Positions 58,140-64,000 of a DNA stretch of 64,000 nt are shown one piece after another. The notes under the pieces were generated by a model. It saw only the letters and a list, made by a program, of their open reading frames with translations. It made no database searches and was not told where the DNA came from. Source of the DNA: Podarcis cretensis (Eukaryota); contig OX638153.1 of the NCBI GenBank assembly GCA_951804945.1, forward strand, positions 19,406,001-19,470,000. Reading direction: 5' to 3'. The position numbers and the translations under genes were made by a program. Within the stretch, counting starts at the first letter, position 1, and each line of letters opens with the position of its first letter.

Positions 58140-61100
58140 TATATATCACACACCCATACGTACACTGTTTAGATAGGAGTTCAAGTCAAATCACCTCTTG
58201 GCTTTAATAGAGTGTATATTACAAGTACCCTTAACCTGTAACTGGCAAAATACTTAAGGAAAACATAAGCATTGTCAGTATGCTAAACAGAAATCAATTA
58301 CTTTGAGTTTTGTTTTTCAAATATACAGCACATATCTATTTATTATGGGCACTTTAGAATTGATGGTGATAATTGGTGCAACTGTACCCAGGATTTGTGG
58401 AGGAGACTGGATGTTTGCTAGAAGGTTAGGAAATTACATTCTTGGAGAGAATTTGAAAGATAGATTTTCATTCATGCTTAGGATCAGATTCTGATGAGTC
58501 ACTATATTCAGCAATGAACAGATATTCCATAGCTTAAAATGATATGAACATTAATTCCTCCATGAATTTGACTGCCATGGAAATATTTGAATTCCTTACT
58601 TTTCGGCTAGTAGGCTGGACCATATGCCTCTCATATAAAGTAGGAAGAAGCAAGCAGTCATTAAGCTTTGCTGCTATGGATTTGTCACACAACTGTCTGT
58701 GGTAGTAAAATATGCAGACTCTCTTCAATTGAAGTTATCTGTTGTATCTCTCTCAATTTTTTACACTGTTTTCTTTGTAAAATATTGGAGGGTGTGCTTA
58801 AATTGATGTAACATTGAAGTGTGGAGACTCTGCCTAAATGAACTTGCCACCCTTATGTTCTTCTTGACACCTGCATTATCACTCCATAGATCATTGCCTG
58901 AGTACCCCTTGCCCTGCACACCATCACCATTATATTTTGTTTTAAGTTTCCCCAGCCTGCTACACTGATCAAAAAGCTGAGGATGTTTCTTTAGCGCTCA
59001 CAAAAAACATAATTGCCCTATATTATATGTATCAACAGTTTAAAGTTCTAGATTTTTTAATTTTCCCCTTTTCAGAGAAGGAATTAAGGTGCTTACAGAT
59101 GTTCTAGAAAGGCACCCAGACTTAACACCCATGACATGTAAACAGTAAACATGTTCTACCATGTGAGGTAGCACATGCTCACTTACACCTTGGGAGTCAT
59201 CATTTACTGACACTTTATGCTAGTTTTTGCCAACCCAATCTTCCCCTGCAGGTTGGAGGAAGAATAGCATAGCCAGAAAAGTAGTCTGTAGACTCCCCCT
59301 TAACAACTAGTTCCCTTCCCTCCACCAGCAAGGTCACTTTGAAGAAGTCAAGCATAGCACTCCCCCTCCCAACATTTCCCAAAATAGACTGCCTGCAAGT
59401 CCCATTGTCACAGCCATCACTCCCATACCACTCCTTTGTAACTGGTCTGGCAAATGGGGCTTAAGAGTGCTGGGACTCAAGGGGCTTGATTGGGCCCTGG
59501 CGCCCCCAGTTGCTGATCCCTAATGTAAGCAAAATGGGGGCCTCTGTTTTTATGGACAGCACATATAATGGATATTCTCTTTTTATAGAAATATGTCTCC
59601 TTTTCACTTCTGTTGCTTTTCCTATTTTGAAAACAAATCCCAGGCTTCGGAGTTCAGACATGCAAATCATTCAGCTCTGCACACATTGGGTCCTTTTCTT
59701 CTCTCTGCCTCCCCCCGCCTCTCCCACATTGTGCTTGTGATCTGTGTTAATGCATTGATGGCACAGACTCTTGACTGCAAAGGGCTTGTACATTTTTAGG
59801 TCAGCTGTGGATTATGGCATCTTCCCCCTCATCACCCTAATAGCATTTGCATGCCGTCGTCGCTTGGTTTGAGAAGAAAGAGGGGGAAGCTGGATGGAGG
59901 AAGCTTGAACACCACATTGGTAATAAAAAGGGATGATTGGAAGCGTGCTCCATGGCTCACCAGTGTGTGCTCCATGGCTCACCAGCGTCACATTAGTAGC
60001 ATCCCTAAATCAAGAGCTCATTCATTTTAACCAGAGGTTAATTAATCAAACAAGAGTGCATAAAATTATAAGCAGCTTTTAATGAAGTGAAGCAGCATTA
60101 TTAGCAGTAAGCAAAATGCAGGCTACATTCGTCTGAGGCACTTGCGGCTTGGAGTGGACCAGCAGTTTGCCATCGGCACTGCAAAGAAGTGATGGTGTCT
60201 TTTGGAAGCAACATGTGTCTTGCTCAGGGAGGTGTGCCATTTGTGTGGAAAGGAGAGAGGAAGCTTTTGGCAGGCTTTGTTTTCAGAATGCACACCTTTC
60301 CAGATAGCCCTGCGTATATGCAGATATTCTTTCTCTTGTGTGTGAATGGTTCTTAAAGACAACGTATCCATGTTTTATGTGCCTCTGTGTGTAGGGCATG
60401 ATCCCCCTTGTCCATCTGGAGGAGAATGGAGGATGGCTCTTTATCAATCACTCCCTAAGCTTCTCAAATAATTAGCCAGCTGTGGGGGCCAAGCTGGGAG
60501 GTAATATATCTCTTTAGCTTCAACCGCATGCTAGGTGGTGGACTGGGTTCAACATGCGTAGGCCCAAATGGTGTAGCCATGCAAACTTACCCTCTGCCTT
60601 GGGCAGTGCTGAGCATTGTGATTTGCTTCTCCCACCTCCAGGTAGGCTGGAGTGAAGCGGGAGTGATTTTAAGTGGTGTGCATCATCATTCTGCTCATTC
60701 CCAGTAAGCCATGTTTTATTTTTTATTTACTGTGACATGCAAACCAGCCCATAGTAATCAAAATAGACCAGCTCTCGAGCTCTAGAAATATAATGACTTT
60801 TGTTTTGCATTATCCACACTCTGCCTTACAAGGACCGATGGCTGCGTACTGGAAAGGCGCCATGGATTCTTTGTTTTTCCTTGTCTGGCTGCAATTTCTT
60901 TTCTACACTGCTAGGTAATGCTGTGGAAGTTGGCCTACATTACCCAGAATGCATTCCAGATTTATCTCTGCATCTGGAGATGTACGGTAAATGACAGTTT
61001 TGTTATTTTTGTGTGTGTCACTCACACCCTGGCATAAGGCAAAATTCTCTTGAAACTACTGTATAGTAGTGGAGAGGAAAATATGCCCTGCATTTTAGCT

Positions 61101-63517
61101 GCATTGTGTTTCCCTGAAATGTTTCCTACCATTTATTAAAACCTTTTGGGCCCTTGGTGCAGCGTTAACCTAATCCTGCTGGCAAGGGCAGTTTGTAATG
61201 CTATTAGGCTACCCCAACTCCACAAGCAAACCTACTGCTCTTTGTATGATGAAACACTCAAAAGCGGCCAGGCTGCTTCACACGTTACAATTTTTAAAAA
61301 ATGGGTTTAGTGGCTACACATTACAAAACTAAATTGTATTTTTCTAAAACTTAAGCATTTGAAACAGACCCTTTCTTTGTGGCCTCCCTCTGGTTCTGAC
61401 ATCTCTGTCAGAGTGCCCAACTTCACCACCTGGGCTCATCAAGCTCTCACACACTCTTCCAGTGCTTCCTGTGGATTGGGCCATTTCTTCCATGACATCT
61501 CCATGACAGTGTTCAAAATTAGCCAGGCACTGGCTTTCGGCCATTTGTGACCAAGTGAAGATCCCTGGGTGCCAGGATGGCACCTGACTTCTCCACCCTC
61601 TGGGGATCATTGAAACTGAGCTGTTTTCACACACTGATGCCCCATCCTGTAGAATTCTATCAGTTATCTCTGGAACCAAATTGTCTTTTCAGTGCAGCCT
61701 AAGCAGGAGCAGTCACCATTAAGAAAAAGAGGTCTGAATAGGCCAGTATATATGTGGACTTTCCCTGGATCAAGGAACATTTCTTCTTTAAGTTCTCAAT
61801 GTTCTTAACCTAGCTCATGGTTGTCATCTGAACTAGCCAGATGTTTAACTAAGAATCAGTCAGTCCATCATTTGAAAAATAAGACTTTAGAGCCGTCTTG
61901 CCCCCAAATTAGACATTCCGTTTTGGCAACTGTCACCTTTGTTTAAGGAACAATTTGGTGCCTAGCATATATATCTGAGTTTCTAAAGCTACTCCACAGG
62001 ACTCATAACAGGAAGCCAGCACAACTTATAACCCAGCAAGCTGAAATCACAAGGATGGTGCCTGGTGAGCAGTCCTTTGCAGCCATCAAAAGCAGGAGAT
62101 TTTGAGAGCTGCTGGTGGGCCACATTCTATGGTGATGGGCTGCATTTGGCTTCAGGGGGAGCAAGTCTTGGTGGCCTGATTATTGTATGTGAACACAGTA
62201 ATGTCTAAAGCTTCTCCTTTTTTTATTTCTTGGACTGTGGGCAGTGTGGTATTGCGTTGTATACTCAGGCAGCATTTGACAGTGGAGAAGTCCACTGTGA
62301 AGCATTGAGTGAGTCCTTATTCCAGAAGGTCATTAACTCCCCCAAGCCTTTAAAATGAACCAGTCCCCTTCATGTGATCCCTCCAAACATCAGTTGCAGC
62401 ATTAAACTGGGCAGAATGCAGAGTCTCTGAGGGCTGTGGTAATTCTCTCAGCATTCTCTGATATTAATGGTTTGCTATGGAAATAATTGGGCGGCCTTGG
62501 GGTGGGGAGTACACCATACAGTCCAGCCAATTGGAGCTTGTACCCTCTTATGAGAGGCAAATTATATTCTTTGTGGAACTCTGAAATAATTACCGAGTTA
62601 TTACTGAATTGTCATGCTTTAATGCCAGTCTGGAATAGAGACATTTAAAATTTACTTATGACTTGATTTAAAACAAGGCTTTTAAATGCATGACTCTTAA
62701 CTATTAATTTGCTCATAACAATCCCTTGGTATGCAAGGTCCTTTAAAGCCCTGTAGGGATAAAGTTAATGCACGTCTGTGAACTGTAGAAATATATCCAA
62801 TCATGATTTGGCAGTAAGGTGCAAGTTGTGGCAATGAGTGGGGTCCCCTTTTTCTTACCCCCACCTCCAAATGCCAAGTTGCCTGTAGCTATTTAAAGTA
62901 TTAAATTCCCAGGAGCAAAGAAAGCCCAAGTCCTCAAGCAGCTCAGGGTTTTAGGAGCTACTGCTGTCATAAAGATACTGATGCCTATCTTTCATTCTAC
63001 CGGTGCTCCCCTGTTTACAAAAGCTACGTTCGCATTCACACATGCATCCCTTGGTTTTTCGCCACTTGATTACTGTACATTTGATGTCCAGTAGTAGAAT
63101 GTGTGAACTGATCCCATAGAAAAAGATTCCTGACCTCTTCATACATGCAGGTGTTCACTTAATGATGAAAATCCATGTGTGAATGAACTGTGTCTGAAAG
63201 CCTTCAATGAATGGAAGGGCATGCTGCTAACCCTCAGTACAGTTCCTAATACACTTCATTTACACTTTCAAAAGTCAGCTTCCTCACGCCTATTTCCCTC
63301 ATGTCTTTAAGATCTTACACTTAAGAGACAAGGACTGTCTGTATATTACCTGAAAGCAGTGTACATGTTTCTGAATGACAGCAGCCACAGGACACAAGAA
63401 AACATTTGGAAAAACAAGGGCTTCTGCCAGTTCTTCACAGGCCTAAACCACTGTGGCAGACAGTGGGGCATTTTATAGTTGGCATGGTATCTGCATGACA
63501 TGTGAAACTGCCTAATA

Positions 63518-63726
63518 CAGTGGTACCTCGGGTTACAGACACTTCAGGTTACAGACTCCGCTAAACCAGAAATAGTACCTCAGGTTAAGAACTTTGTTTC
63601 AGGATGAGAACAGAAATCATGCAGCGGCAGGCCCCATTAGCTAAAGTGGTGCTTCAGGTTAAGAACAGTTTCAGGTTAAGAATGGACCTCCAGAATGAAT
63701 TAAGTTCTTAACCCGAGGTACCACTG
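63518..63726 (-). mobile_element. Tc1/mariner MITE, family A
   Basis: Perfect TIR cagtggtacctcgggtta/taacccgaggtaccactg; TA TSD. Confidence 0.93.
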
Positions 63727-64000
63727 TAATAAGTTTCACTCTTAGCAGCTCAGTATGACTGACAGCTGCTCTCCAGGATCCCAATAGCTCAGGTTCTGTT
63801 GAACTGGAATTGCTGAAGACTGAAGCAGTTGTAGGACCTTCTGAATGTAGAGCATGTGTTCAATCCCTAAGCTGTGAGCATTGCATGTTGGCTGCAATGA
63901 ATACTCATTAGTGTCTTCCATAATGAAGTTGGCACCAGCTAGCCACAAAGACCCTCACAGTGATGGAGTGCTTACAGATTCCAAGAAATGGGTACCTCAG

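Noticed and set aside
61344-61679. 111-aa minus-strand ORF (and 717-944)
   Set aside because: No recognisable homology or convincing splice sites; lengths are expected by chance in 64 kb

Overview
Vertebrate non-coding DNA, most likely from a squamate and probably a lacertid lizard, inferred from Sauria SINEs, an RTE-BovB LINE, and CR1/L2 LINEs. I recognise no host protein-coding gene. The long ORFs I can identify are LINE remnants; the others look like repeat artefacts or chance ORFs. The window resembles a large intron or gene desert, with AT-rich, homeodomain-site-rich, repeat-free islands that may be enhancers, and dense transposon insertions between them. These include a BovB endonuclease fragment, L2 and CR1 fragments, Sauria and MIR/CORE-type SINEs, a solo LTR, and many MITEs with checkable TIRs and target-site duplications (hAT with 8-bp TSD; Tc1/mariner with TA TSD). 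The most notable observations are: (1) a young hAT MITE family (3 copies) carrying variable TTAGGG telomeric repeats; (2) a nest in which a solo LTR sits in the B box of a tRNA-Lys-derived SINE and a MITE sits in the LTR's TATA box; (3) MITEs from two superfamilies carrying ETS/NRF1/CRE promoter motifs; (4) Tc2-like MITEs built from tandem hairpin modules. There is one assembly gap (13550-13721). Family names come from pattern recognition, not database searches.
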